Virus record (IMG/VR): IMGVR_UViG_3300034105_004634
Source: an uncultured virus (IMG/VR IMGVR_UViG_3300034105_004634)
Taxonomy: Duplodnaviria; Heunggongvirae; Uroviricota; Caudoviricetes
Direction: 5' to 3' (one strand)
Length of the DNA stretch: 64,000 nucleotides
Numbering within the stretch: position 1 is the first letter of the stretch; each line of letters starts with the position of its first letter. The notes under the pieces are model-generated. The model had not been told where the DNA came from, did no database searches, and saw only the letters and a list, made by a program, of their open reading frames with translations. Position numbers and translations under genes: made by a program. Shown in pieces: positions 37,879-47,547 of this stretch.

Positions 37879-38909
37879 TATGTAAAGTATTCAAGAGCAT
37901 TTATCTGCTCTTCGTTTAAATCAGTTGGTATTTTTATATTTGCTTTAACTAATATGTCACCGCTGCCAAATCCATTAAATTCAGGTATACCCTTACCTGG
38001 CAATCTAAATATCCTTCCCGATGCAGTACCAGAAGGGATTTTTATTCTATACGCAGAACCACGAAGATTTGTTATTTCCACCTCAGTTCCAATGCAGGCA
38101 TCCTTAAATGATATGTATGCTTCATGAACTAGGTTATTTCCATCTCTAGTGTAGATAGAATGTATAAATTCGTTGACATTAACAACAAGATCTCCTGGGT
38201 TAGATGGGGATTTTAACCAATCCCCCTTTCCCATAACTAAGTAGGAAACACCTGATATCGATCCTCTTGGAATGTTTATATCAATATCCTCGTCTCTCCT
38301 TATGGTGCCATTTCCGTGACAACTCTGACATTTTTCTTGAGCAATTTTTCCACTTGATGAACACTTGTGGCAGTCCTCAACAACCGACATATCACCAAAA
38401 GCATGTCTTATTGTTCTTGCCTTCTTGCCAAGACCCTGACACTCGTCACAGTCCTTAGTATTTCCAAATTCTGCACCAGTCCCGCTGCAATCCAAACATT
38501 GAGCAGCTCTGTTTACAGTAACTTTTTTGGTTGTACCTGACATCATCTCCTCTAGCGTAATAGTAATATAAACGTTTATATTATTTCCCCTACGCATGGT
38601 CTGTTGCACATTTCCTCTATTAGCACCCCAGAAACTACCAAAGTCAGAATTCTGGAAGGGATTTTCGCGGTTTGTTCCTCCCCAATTAAAACTACCATTA
38701 AATGGATTTGGGTTGTCATATTTTTGTTTCTTCTGGCCATCAGAAAGAACCTCATAAGCCTCGTTGATCTCCTTAAATTTAGATTCAAGTTCAGGATCGT
38801 TACCAGTCTTATCAGGATGATATTTGACAGCTAATTTTCTATAGGCTTTCTTTATTTCTTCTGCTGTTGCATCTTTGGATACACCGAGAGTTTTATAATG
38901 ATCTGTCAT
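37878..38909 (-). CDS. dnaJ: DnaJ chaperone
   Basis: J-domain with HPD, G/F-rich region, four CxxCxGxG-type repeats, C-terminal domain. Confidence 0.95.
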   Translation of the reverse strand: MTDHYKTLGVSKDATAEEIKKAYRKLAVKYHPDKTGNDPELESKFKEINEAYEVLSDGQKKQKYDNPNPFNGSFNWGGTNRENPFQNSDFGSFWGANRGNVQQTMRRGNNINVYITITLEEMMSGTTKKVTVNRAAQCLDCSGTGAEFGNTKDCDECQGLGKKARTIRHAFGDMSVVEDCHKCSSSGKIAQEKCQSCHGNGTIRRDEDIDINIPRGSISGVSYLVMGKGDWLKSPSNPGDLVVNVNEFIHSIYTRDGNNLVHEAYISFKDACIGTEVEITNLRGSAYRIKIPSGTASGRIFRLPGKGIPEFNGFGSGDILVKANIKIPTDLNEEQINALEYFT

Positions 38910-39252
38910 TGTTCAAAGTAGATTTAAAAATATCTTTTATTTTTATTGATGCCTCACCCGGATCAATGGCACCTCTATTTTCCCATTTGTTTCTAAGCTG
39001 TACGGATAGATTTTTTATCTCCATACACGTCTCATATTTTTCTAATTTTTCCCAATATTTAAGCATTCTAGATACAAATAAATCTATCTGATCCGGATTA
39101 TCAAATATGTACACCAGATCATTAGTTTTTTCCCTCAGCGAACTTAAAAATATATCCTGTATGGATCTCTCAATATGTTTCTTTAATATATCATATTGGG
39201 GATGCGTTGGGAATCCTCTCATTTCCCTTCCATTAAAACTAATCATTCTCAT
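38893..39252 (-). CDS. Protein with UVR-like motif
   Basis: [17 protein letters not shown]. Confidence 0.65.
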   Translation of the reverse strand: MRMISFNGREMRGFPTHPQYDILKKHIERSIQDIFLSSLREKTNDLVYIFDNPDQIDLFVSRMLKYWEKLEKYETCMEIKNLSVQLRNKWENRGAIDPGEASIKIKDIFKSTLNNDRSL

Positions 39253-39472
39253 CCTTCTGTAATTTTTCTTTTATCCTGGTAAAGAACTCAAAATCTGACA
39301 GCAATAAAAAATCAGAAACAAGAGCTTCAACTTTCTCAATTCCAAATTTTTCAGTCAAATATCTATATTTAACCTCACCATCTATAGCTTTATCTAAACT
39401 ATATTTTATATCGGGATTCTTTATATTATCGGATAAAGAATCCTCAAATTCACCTATTATATCCTTATTCAT
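39239..39472 (-). CDS. Hypothetical protein
   Basis: 77-aa ORF overlapping both neighbours. Confidence 0.65.
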   Translation of the reverse strand: MNKDIIGEFEDSLSDNIKNPDIKYSLDKAIDGEVKYRYLTEKFGIEKVEALVSDFLLLSDFEFFTRIKEKLQKDEND

Positions 39473-40394
39473 TTAATTTATTATATTTTTCTTCCATATA
39501 TTTCAATAGAGCTTTTTCTTTCATTTTTACCTCGAATTCTATAGAAAAATCTAGTCCATAAGTTTCGGGTCCTCTCCAAATCCAATCTGAATGTGCAACT
39601 TCCTTTGCTGTTGTATCCTCAAACATTCTTTTCGAATCGGAATAATGTGTTATTGCTGGTATGCCCTCAGGCCAAGTTGATAAACAAACCTCTAATGATG
39701 CTTTTTCATCCAATTCTGGGGGATTACATTCATTGTGTAGATAATCGAAAGTAACAGGTATACCAATTTTTGAATAAACCATCCCATACAAATCAACTGA
39801 CGTGTATTGGGATCTTTTATCGTCAACCTCGACAACAAGTCTAGCTTTAACTGAATCTGGAAGCAGCGAGAAATTTTCACAGAACCTATTTGCTGCGCTT
39901 TCCTTATCGGGTTTAGTTGTATTGACATGGATATTTATAGGATAATAAACCGATCTATCCAATCCCATCATGTCCATTATTTCACCATGTTGTGATAATT
40001 CCTTTATAGCTTTTATAACGACATCAGGTCTTTCCGATGCAAGTACACCATACGGAGAGGGATGGAAAGTTATTCGTTGATCCACTGATTTAGCAAAATC
40101 TCCGCATTCACCAAGTATTTTTAATATCTGCTCATAATCCTTTAAATCTGAAATTTCATATTCGGAGCACCAAGGAAACATATCGCTCGACATCCTGTAC
40201 ATTTCTATACCATTAGCATGATTCCATTCCAATATAGTTTTAAGATCTGTAACATTCTGCAAAACAAGATCAGAAACATAGCCAAGACCTCTCTCAAGGA
40301 ATGTTTTCTTAACCATACCCCGGTTTGTAGTAACCTTATCCTTACTCTCCGAAAGAGTCATATTTATGCAGCAGTAACCTAATTTTCTAGACAT
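39465..40394 (-). CDS. uvsE: UV-damage endonuclease UvsE/UVDE
   Basis: LGYCCIN, YRMSSDMFP, RITFHP, LVVEVDDK, TFDYLH, HYS, AHSD, EVKMKE. Start moved to 40394. Confidence 0.92.
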   Translation of the reverse strand: MSRKLGYCCINMTLSESKDKVTTNRGMVKKTFLERGLGYVSDLVLQNVTDLKTILEWNHANGIEMYRMSSDMFPWCSEYEISDLKDYEQILKILGECGDFAKSVDQRITFHPSPYGVLASERPDVVIKAIKELSQHGEIMDMMGLDRSVYYPINIHVNTTKPDKESAANRFCENFSLLPDSVKARLVVEVDDKRSQYTSVDLYGMVYSKIGIPVTFDYLHNECNPPELDEKASLEVCLSTWPEGIPAITHYSDSKRMFEDTTAKEVAHSDWIWRGPETYGLDFSIEFEVKMKEKALLKYMEEKYNKLNE

Positions 40395-40409
40395 GTTATT
40401 TTTTTTATG

Positions 40410-40417
40410 CAAATATA
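40410..40417 (-). promoter_or_regulatory. Bacteroidota-type -7 element (TATATTTG)
   Basis: TAnnTTTG with TTTTTAATGTCG upstream, before uvsE. Confidence 0.7.
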
Positions 40418-40444
40418 AACATTTTATTCGACATTAAAAAATTA

Positions 40445-41143
40445 TTACATTGAACTTAACCATTTTTTTCTTTCGCTTGCTAATTTACCAAAAGCCATCT
40501 CCAAATGCTTCTTTGTTCCAGGATCCTCTCTAAGAACAGTTACCCTTCTATTTGTCATGACATGATCCCAATCCTCAAGCGACAATGATCCTAGACCTTT
40601 GAGATATCTAACATTGTTCTTATCGCCCTTAGATTTTTTAAATTCATCGAGGGAATAGTAATACTTCTTAGCTCTGTCACCAACCGTTACCAATGGTGTA
40701 TCTAAAAAATGTATTCTATTTTGTTTTATCATCCATGGAAACCACATATAAAAAAGATTTATAAGAAGCGAAGTAATATGAGCACCGTCGGGATCTTGGT
40801 CGGTGGCAATAACAACCTTTTCGAATGGACATACCAAATTCTGACCCTCAGGATCTAAATTTAGTATCTGCATAAGCTCCAATATCTCCCTGTTATCAGA
40901 AAGGTCAGAAAGACTTCTAGCGTTCTTTATCTTTCCCTTTAGAGCATAAACCCCATCCCTTTTAGGATCTCTTTTTTGTAAAATTGAACCCATAGCTGAA
41001 TTGTGGCTAATTATTCCATTATCCAGAACAAAGCTTTCATCGTCTTCTACACTAAAATCTATACAATTCATTACCTCGCTGGTATCTGAGATTTCCTCAA
41101 TTTCAACTATTCTAAAAAAATTCTCTTGTTCTACTGTTAACAT
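40445..41143 (-). CDS. Type IIA topoisomerase B-type subunit, C-half: IntC (48 aa) + TOPRIM C-extein
   Basis: CIDFSVEDDESFVLDNGIISHN|SAMG; ALKGKIKN; ATDQDPDGAHI; RYLKGLGSL. Confidence 0.93.
   Translation of the reverse strand: MLTVEQENFFRIVEIEEISDTSEVMNCIDFSVEDDESFVLDNGIISHNSAMGSILQKRDPKRDGVYALKGKIKNARSLSDLSDNREILELMQILNLDPEGQNLVCPFEKVVIATDQDPDGAHITSLLINLFYMWFPWMIKQNRIHFLDTPLVTVGDRAKKYYYSLDEFKKSKGDKNNVRYLKGLGSLSLEDWDHVMTNRRVTVLREDPGTKKHLEMAFGKLASERKKWLSSM
41000..41143 (-). mobile_element. Split intein IntC (topoisomerase B-type), acidic
   Basis: Ends SHN; +1 Ser. Confidence 0.9.
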
Positions 41144-42513
41144 TCTAAAATTTGTTTTATTTCTTTTAAAGATTCATTTAATAAATTATTCCATAGATTT
41201 TTATTTCTTAGTGGATTTTTACCTTTATACGATAGCGTTATAATTTCATATCCTTTATACTTAGCTAACATTTTTTTTCTCTCGTCATATTCCAATTTTT
41301 CTTTCTTTGTAAATCTATGATTAAATTTCATATTATCCCAAGCATTAGAACAGGTGTCGTCTACAGGATGCCAAAAATTATTATCATATTCTATAATTAT
41401 CCTCTTTGATGCATATTCAAAATAGAGATCATAAAAGTAAATTCTCCTATATTCGGAGTCCCAAAGAAAAAATTCGTCTCCATTCATCTTAATATTTTTT
41501 AATATAATTCCAATCTCCGCTAATTCACTCAAAAGCATTTCGAAGAAAACACTAGCCTCTTTGCTATAAAATTTTTTATTAATATTGGACCATCTGTCAA
41601 TCCATGCTTTCTCTCCATACTTCAAAATGTATTTTTCACTATTAAAGCTAAAAGATTTTCGTAAATTATTAAAAGCTATTAATCCCTCATGATAACCAAG
41701 TAATTGTATAAAATATTCTAAAGATTTTCTATATTCGATATTTTTTCTTCTATTGTTCCAAGAATCCACACCAAATTTTTCTATATACTGATCTTTAGTT
41801 CTTCCTAGTGATTTCTTATATGCTTCAAATTTTTCCTTACCGTTAATCTCACCATATTTTTCAATAAAAAAACTAATATTGCATACAGATTTCTTTTTTA
41901 TCATCTCATTATAGGAGTCAATCCCATATTTTTCTATTAGTATATTCTTAGAATTTCCCTTTGATACATTATTCTTAAAATCAACAAATCTTCTATTTCC
42001 CTCGTCCGCCCCATATTTTTCCAAATACCAATCAAGATTTTTACTCTGATATTTTTTATAATCGTCCGGGGTTTCGTGATTTTGTTTATAAAAGGGCGAT
42101 TTGTTTCTGGTTATCAAATAAGTATTAGCTTCGGATTCAGAAATTTTAAAAGATTTCGAGATGTATTCAATAGAATTTGGATTTAATAAACTACCAATGC
42201 AATTTTTTCTTCCACCCTTACAATGATAATTTTGCATACCACCAGCCATAGAATACTGAATACCTGATATCATAACTATTCTTTCCGTATGATCAATTTT
42301 ATAGATTATATCATATTTAGAATCATTTCCACAAAATGGGCATTCCGAAATGCTTAATTTTAATTCATTTTTAATTATAGTGAAATAATCAATGCCTCTT
42401 TTTTTTAAAGCAGTTTTAGCATATCTTATCATTTTATCATCCTGGTAAGGCTTAGAAATTTCAAATTCACTTGTAAAATTTCCTATCTTAATCATATATT
42501 TTATCTTATTCAT
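41137..42513 (-). CDS. Free-standing endonuclease (KYG helical repeats + PD-(D/E)xK/Vsr-like domain) between the split-intein halves
   Basis: Repeated EKYG units; YFYDLYF...IIIEYDNNFWHP...YDERKK..AK.KGY. Start moved to 42513, after GATATATA at 42531-42538. Confidence 0.8.
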   Translation of the reverse strand: MNKIKYMIKIGNFTSEFEISKPYQDDKMIRYAKTALKKRGIDYFTIIKNELKLSISECPFCGNDSKYDIIYKIDHTERIVMISGIQYSMAGGMQNYHCKGGRKNCIGSLLNPNSIEYISKSFKISESEANTYLITRNKSPFYKQNHETPDDYKKYQSKNLDWYLEKYGADEGNRRFVDFKNNVSKGNSKNILIEKYGIDSYNEMIKKKSVCNISFFIEKYGEINGKEKFEAYKKSLGRTKDQYIEKFGVDSWNNRRKNIEYRKSLEYFIQLLGYHEGLIAFNNLRKSFSFNSEKYILKYGEKAWIDRWSNINKKFYSKEASVFFEMLLSELAEIGIILKNIKMNGDEFFLWDSEYRRIYFYDLYFEYASKRIIIEYDNNFWHPVDDTCSNAWDNMKFNHRFTKKEKLEYDERKKMLAKYKGYEIITLSYKGKNPLRNKNLWNNLLNESLKEIKQILEC

Positions 42514-42547
42514 AGTAGAAGGTTTTATGCTATATATCCTCTCAACA

Positions 42548-44287
42548 TTAAATAAAATCAAAAACACAGATTAGCTCCCCTTCTCTGATATCCTTCCCAT
42601 ATTTCATAATAAAAGATGAGTCTTTCTTATTGTACACACAGTATTTATGGGAGTTACTAAATTGATACCATGATCCATCATCCAAAAATAGCTGATTTGG
42701 ATATTTTTCATTCTTACATTTGCTATATGAAATTACCTCAAGGGTCCCGATAAAATTTCCAAAATTAGATTTAACCAAGCAATGGATGGACTTATCGATC
42801 TCTCCTACCTTTTTAAAAGAAAACTCTTTAGTTTTTTTATTAAAAGTATAATATTGATGGCTTATTGGTTGCTTTATTGAAGTTCCATCGGAGAGTCTGA
42901 TAGTTAAGCATTCTTTTAATTTTCTCTGCTTATTTATTATTTTTCTAATTCTATTCTTATGCGTTACAACTTCGTCTCCAATAAGAACATCCTTCAGGTG
43001 AGCATTTATAAGTTCACCATCTCTCCAAATATTTATTTTTTCATTCTCATCTATACATAATCCTTCAACTATAAAAAGATTTTCTGCTCTCATAGCAGTG
43101 GGTGGAAAGTATTTATTGGAATTCTTTATTCTTATACCTTTCTTTTCCTTTCTGATCTTTTTAAGTTCAGATTCTTTTCTTCTATCGTCGACACATTTTT
43201 TAATCTTCTTATAAACGTCGCTTTTAAAGAATTTATTAAGAACAGAATCAAAGTGTCTCATTATAGTTGGTTCGACCTCCTCCCTCTTAGATACAAACTT
43301 AGTTTTATTCTGATCCCCGAATCTAACTATACTCGGTGACATATTTAATATGATCAGCGTATCATAGAAATGGTGCCCAAGTGTGTCATCAAGTTCTATG
43401 TTTATTTTATCTTGTATAATTTTCTGGTGTATACCCGTGCAGAGTGCGCTATTAACAAAAGAAAACGTGCCAGATTCTGGTTTTTTCTCCCATATCAATA
43501 TTTCACCTATGCTTGCTTTTGCCGACCAATCCGGATTAAGACCAGATTGTATGATTTCACTCTTACCATTCCATATGAACTCTATCTTAAGATTTGCTGT
43601 TTTTTCCTCAGTTTCTAGAACTCTTTTCTTTAAACAGAGATATGATATTATTGTTGAATAGTCCCACTTTGAATTATCAAATACCACCGAATTTGGAATA
43701 AATGAAACTCTAGTGCCAGTTTTTGTTGTTTTTTTCCTCGGTGTTATGTTTGCTTTATTCGATTTAAAAGATGTCCAGGTTTGAAGATATGACTCGCTTG
43801 AATTTATAGTTTCTATTTCAAACATGTCAGATAGTGCATTAACCAATTTTACACCAAAACCGTTGGTCCCCACTATGGACTCTGATATATCGTCATTATC
43901 AAAATTTGAACCAGCTCTAAGCATGGATACAGCAGTTTCTATATTAGACAATTTACTTTTTTTATTTATAGCGGAGCCATTAATGAATCCATCACCAGAA
44001 TCGGTTATTGAAACCATATTGGTTATATTATCAATTCTCACCGTAATAAATTTCATCATGCCTGACATTCTTTTTGCTTCATCAATACAATTTGAAAAAA
44101 CCTCATCAAAAAGTTTATAAAGTCCCACTGAATGTTCTTTACTTACAGCCTTTATGAATCCGTCACCGATTATAGGTAATGTCTCCTCACTCTTTTTAAC
44201 AGAACCAACATACATTGTCGGTCTCCTTATTATGTGTTCAAAATCACTAAGTACCTCTATAGTTTTATTGACTTTCTTATTATCCAT
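42548..44287 (-). CDS. Type IIA topoisomerase B-type (gp39/GyrB-like) subunit, N-half: ATPase N-extein (410 aa) + IntN (169 aa)
   Basis: EHIIRRPTMYVGS, DEVFSNCIDE, DSGDG, GTNGFGVK, TGTRVSF, QNK, LFIVEGL|CIDENE. Confidence 0.93.
   Translation of the reverse strand: MDNKKVNKTIEVLSDFEHIIRRPTMYVGSVKKSEETLPIIGDGFIKAVSKEHSVGLYKLFDEVFSNCIDEAKRMSGMMKFITVRIDNITNMVSITDSGDGFINGSAINKKSKLSNIETAVSMLRAGSNFDNDDISESIVGTNGFGVKLVNALSDMFEIETINSSESYLQTWTSFKSNKANITPRKKTTKTGTRVSFIPNSVVFDNSKWDYSTIISYLCLKKRVLETEEKTANLKIEFIWNGKSEIIQSGLNPDWSAKASIGEILIWEKKPESGTFSFVNSALCTGIHQKIIQDKINIELDDTLGHHFYDTLIILNMSPSIVRFGDQNKTKFVSKREEVEPTIMRHFDSVLNKFFKSDVYKKIKKCVDDRRKESELKKIRKEKKGIRIKNSNKYFPPTAMRAENLFIVEGLCIDENEKINIWRDGELINAHLKDVLIGDEVVTHKNRIRKIINKQRKLKECLTIRLSDGTSIKQPISHQYYTFNKKTKEFSFKKVGEIDKSIHCLVKSNFGNFIGTLEVISYSKCKNEKYPNQLFLDDGSWYQFSNSHKYCVYNKKDSSFIMKYGKDIREGELICVFDFI
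42551..43057 (-). mobile_element. Split intein IntN (topoisomerase B-type), long, basic, with duplicated block-B region
   Basis: Cys1 codon at 43057-43055; two L.DG......SH.Y...NKK...F..K...I units. Confidence 0.85.
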
Positions 44288-44339
44288 TTTTATTTTTATG
44301 TTTAATATTATATGCTCTTTTGAAAATTAATTTCAATAA

Positions 44340-44369
44340 AAAACCCTCAATGTTTAAATTGAGGGTTTT
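44340..44369 (-). terminator. Intrinsic terminator
   Basis: AAAACCCTCAAT...ATTGAGGGTTTT hairpin. Confidence 0.75.
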
Positions 44370-44386
44370 AATTTATATGATTTCTT

Positions 44387-44920
44387 TTAGAAATAAAAGA
44401 CTTCTTCCACCTGTTTAGGTTCAATGAATGTTGAAAAATAAGCAATCGATTCAGGAGATCTGAATGCATCTTTTTTCTTAGATGATGGCAAGCCTATAAT
44501 AAAATCCGTACCATCCAAATTAGTAATTCCGGTAACTATATACTCACTATCAATAAATAAATTTCTTCCCTCACCGCCATAAATATTATCTCCAGGGGCA
44601 ACGTCCGCAGCTTCCCTCCTACTTCCCCTGATAGCATGTTGTTCCCTCTCTATTCTCTTCCTTTCCATGTCAAGTGTATCCAGAACGTGCTGTGGAGCCT
44701 TCTTGCCTTGCATTGGTATATCAACAGTAATGCTAATCTCCTCTATCTGGCCAGATTTCTGCTGATCCAATAGATCACTTATATACGAAAATACCTTTGT
44801 TGTTGATACCTCATCCTCCGGATCACTGGAGGGGCTTCTTCTAAAATCATTGGTGTTATATACGGGTATACCGGCTTCGTCTAAATCTTCATAAGATTCA
44901 AATTCTAAAAGGTGTTTCAT
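44387..44920 (-). CDS. Hypothetical protein, capsid-targeting-like N-terminus
   Basis: MKHLLEFESYEDLDEA; GATATATA at 44939-44946. Confidence 0.75.
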   Translation of the reverse strand: MKHLLEFESYEDLDEAGIPVYNTNDFRRSPSSDPEDEVSTTKVFSYISDLLDQQKSGQIEEISITVDIPMQGKKAPQHVLDTLDMERKRIEREQHAIRGSRREAADVAPGDNIYGGEGRNLFIDSEYIVTGITNLDGTDFIIGLPSSKKKDAFRSPESIAYFSTFIEPKQVEEVFYF

Positions 44921-44955
44921 TTCTTAATATTTTTATGCTATATATCAGAGAAATA

Positions 44956-46209
44956 TTATTTTCCCTTGCTAGATCCCATATTAGCAATCTGTGCTTGTTT
45001 AGATTTTTCCTGCGCACCCTTCTTATAAAATTCCATATTTTTTAATAATCTTGCTTGCTCGTCATGAGGCAGAGTTTTGAAAAAAGGAGCGGTTAATATG
45101 GCATTAGTTTTTTCCATAGCTATTTCGGGATTTCCTATATAATGGGCAGCCAATGAATACTCATCTAGTAATCTCCACTGCCATATTTCGGCCTCTATAA
45201 AAAGTATATCCTGAGTACCCCTTGTTTTTATTGCAACATCTCCATAGGCAAAGGCAATAATGTGTCTCTTTTGCTCCCTATATTTTCTCATTGCATGAAA
45301 AACGGCTTCGAGCCTAGATGGCCTATATTCCCAAGCTCTCGAATATAACTCAGTAACTTCCTCTATAGAAGCTCCTAATCTTTCCTTCATTTTAGCAATC
45401 ATATACATGGAATAGTAAACCTCTTCTTCCCATCCGCCCATTGCAATTCTTTTCCCGTATGCTTCTATCGATTTTTCTAGCTGGTCCGAATCTCTATAAC
45501 TTTGAGCCAAATAAAACATATATCTGTCATTATTGGGTTCATCAATAAGAGCTTTCTCCAATATCTTAGCATCATTTGCATATTTTTCTTCCAGAGAAGC
45601 AGCTCTTTTAAGCGGTGAAATGTCAGCCATAACGAAAGCTCTAGGAACTGGAGCTTGAAATATCTGCTCCTTCTGTTCATCCAAATGTAAAAACTCATGC
45701 AATACACCTTTATAAACCCAATTCTGATCGGATTTTACAATCTGAGCTCTGTGGTACTGTAGATTGTTAAGCTTATAAAGAATCTGATAACAATCCGGAC
45801 CTTTATCCAATCCACCAAACGGATTTATATTTGGATCCTCAGGAAAGAATGTGTCATCAGCATCTATTATCCATCTATAGTCACATTTACCCTTAGCAAG
45901 GTTCAAACTTTCAGTCCTATTAACCTCAAAGTTTACCCAAGGTCTCTCATGAAGCTCTCCTGGAATACCAAGTGATTCCATAGTTTTGTTTGTCACACTA
46001 ATCGTATTGTCAGTGGATCCAGTATCTACTATTACCCAATATTTAATATACGGAGCAACCGCTCTAAGGCATCTCTCCATAGTGTCCTCCTCGTCCTTAA
46101 CTATCATAACCAAGCAAAGATCTATTACCTGAACATTATTATGAACTGGTCTAACCATATTAATTGGAGCTGCAACCTTTTTCTGTTTTTTCTTATTCTT
46201 AATACTCAT
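44956..46209 (-). CDS. Glycosyltransferase family 2 with TPR repeats
   Basis: LVMIVKDEE, IVDTGSTDNT, DADD, YKGVLHE, followed by TPR-like helices (FYLAQSYRD, EEVYYSMY). Confidence 0.9.
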   Translation of the reverse strand: MSIKNKKKQKKVAAPINMVRPVHNNVQVIDLCLVMIVKDEEDTMERCLRAVAPYIKYWVIVDTGSTDNTISVTNKTMESLGIPGELHERPWVNFEVNRTESLNLAKGKCDYRWIIDADDTFFPEDPNINPFGGLDKGPDCYQILYKLNNLQYHRAQIVKSDQNWVYKGVLHEFLHLDEQKEQIFQAPVPRAFVMADISPLKRAASLEEKYANDAKILEKALIDEPNNDRYMFYLAQSYRDSDQLEKSIEAYGKRIAMGGWEEEVYYSMYMIAKMKERLGASIEEVTELYSRAWEYRPSRLEAVFHAMRKYREQKRHIIAFAYGDVAIKTRGTQDILFIEAEIWQWRLLDEYSLAAHYIGNPEIAMEKTNAILTAPFFKTLPHDEQARLLKNMEFYKKGAQEKSKQAQIANMGSSKGK

Positions 46210-46227
46210 TTATAAATTTTTTTAATA

Positions 46228-46878
46228 TTATAGTTCAGTTACTCTGTTTTGCTCTCTCTTTTTACTAATTTTTATTGACTCAACCTCGCCAACAAGATCA
46301 AATTTTATGGATACAGTATATTTCCCAGCAAGTTCTCTTCTTATTCCTCTTTTACTTCTTGATATATTTATAAGAGGTATTTCGTATTTGCCAAACAAAT
46401 CATCAAAAACCCATATTTTTACATTGAAATAATTGCTATCATACAACGAATAATCGAGGGAACCTAATTTGGGAGATAACTTACAGTCAAATATATGTTT
46501 ACCTTTAAAATAAAACTCCAGGAATATCAAATTTTCTTCTTTGGGTGAGGATAATATATTGTTTCCAAAATCAACACAATATATAATTTTTTTGGAATCA
46601 AGCTCCAATAATTTATACGGATGCCTGAAATTATCAAATATTAAATTTATCTGATCAGGAATAGAATCGACCTCGCTATATAGGGAAAGAAAACAGTTCA
46701 TATCCCCGCTATCGAATTTTTTATGACTTTTTATTTCTATGGATCCGTCATCTCTTATCAGCGAAGAAAAATAATCCAGAGAATCATGCAGTAGATTTCT
46801 CTGGATCGTTTCTATATTCTTTTGTTGATTTACTTTTTCCTTTATTGATTTTACAAAATCCTCGCTAGATTTTTTCAT
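46228..46878 (-). CDS. Hypothetical protein
   Basis: 216-aa ORF. Confidence 0.7.
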   Translation of the reverse strand: MKKSSEDFVKSIKEKVNQQKNIETIQRNLLHDSLDYFSSLIRDDGSIEIKSHKKFDSGDMNCFLSLYSEVDSIPDQINLIFDNFRHPYKLLELDSKKIIYCVDFGNNILSSPKEENLIFLEFYFKGKHIFDCKLSPKLGSLDYSLYDSNYFNVKIWVFDDLFGKYEIPLINISRSKRGIRRELAGKYTVSIKFDLVGEVESIKISKKREQNRVTEL

Positions 46879-47533
46879 TCTTTTTGTTTTTAAGCTCCTT
46901 AAGATCGAGTTTTTTTACTATTGCTTTAAGAACACCTTCCATTCCAAGATCCGCATCAATTTTTACAAGTTTTCTGCTTTTTTTATAAAAGTCAACAAGA
47001 GGAAATGTTTTTTCTTGATACTCCTCAAATCTTTTATCTATAACATCGTCATTGGCATCATCTTTTCTACCTTCTTTCTTAGCTCTATTTCTTATTCTTT
47101 CCTTCGCTTTCTCTTCAGGAAGATCCATGAATATCGCGTGATTTAAGCCAAGACCGAGCTTACCAAGAAGTGAATCCAGCTTTCTTGCTTGTTTTATCGT
47201 TCTAGGATATCCGTCAAATATTATACCCTTGTCAAGATCCAATTTCTTCATCTCTTTTCTTAACATCTTGAGCATCATATCGTCGGATATAAAATTGCCA
47301 GATTCAACCGCTTTCTTTAATTCGGGATCATCAGATTTTCTTATAAGATCACCAGTGGAAATATGATTGATACCAAAATTATCCTTTAGTTGCTTTGAGA
47401 GAGTTCCCTTTCCTGAACCAGGTGCTCCCAATATTACTAGAACATCACCCTGCGAATCCGGTAATTCTCTTTCATTTAAAAATTCATCAAATTTTTTAAT
47501 GACATCATCGGTAAACCATTTTTTATTATCCAT
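46865..47533 (-). CDS. adk: Adenylate/nucleoside monophosphate kinase with N-terminal extension
   Basis: GAPGSGKGT, HISTGDLIR, FDGYPRT, short LID GRKDD; extension IKKFDEFLNE. Confidence 0.9.
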   Translation of the reverse strand: MDNKKWFTDDVIKKFDEFLNERELPDSQGDVLVILGAPGSGKGTLSKQLKDNFGINHISTGDLIRKSDDPELKKAVESGNFISDDMMLKMLRKEMKKLDLDKGIIFDGYPRTIKQARKLDSLLGKLGLGLNHAIFMDLPEEKAKERIRNRAKKEGRKDDANDDVIDKRFEEYQEKTFPLVDFYKKSRKLVKIDADLGMEGVLKAIVKKLDLKELKNKKNEKI

Positions 47534-47547
47534 TATATTTTATTTTT

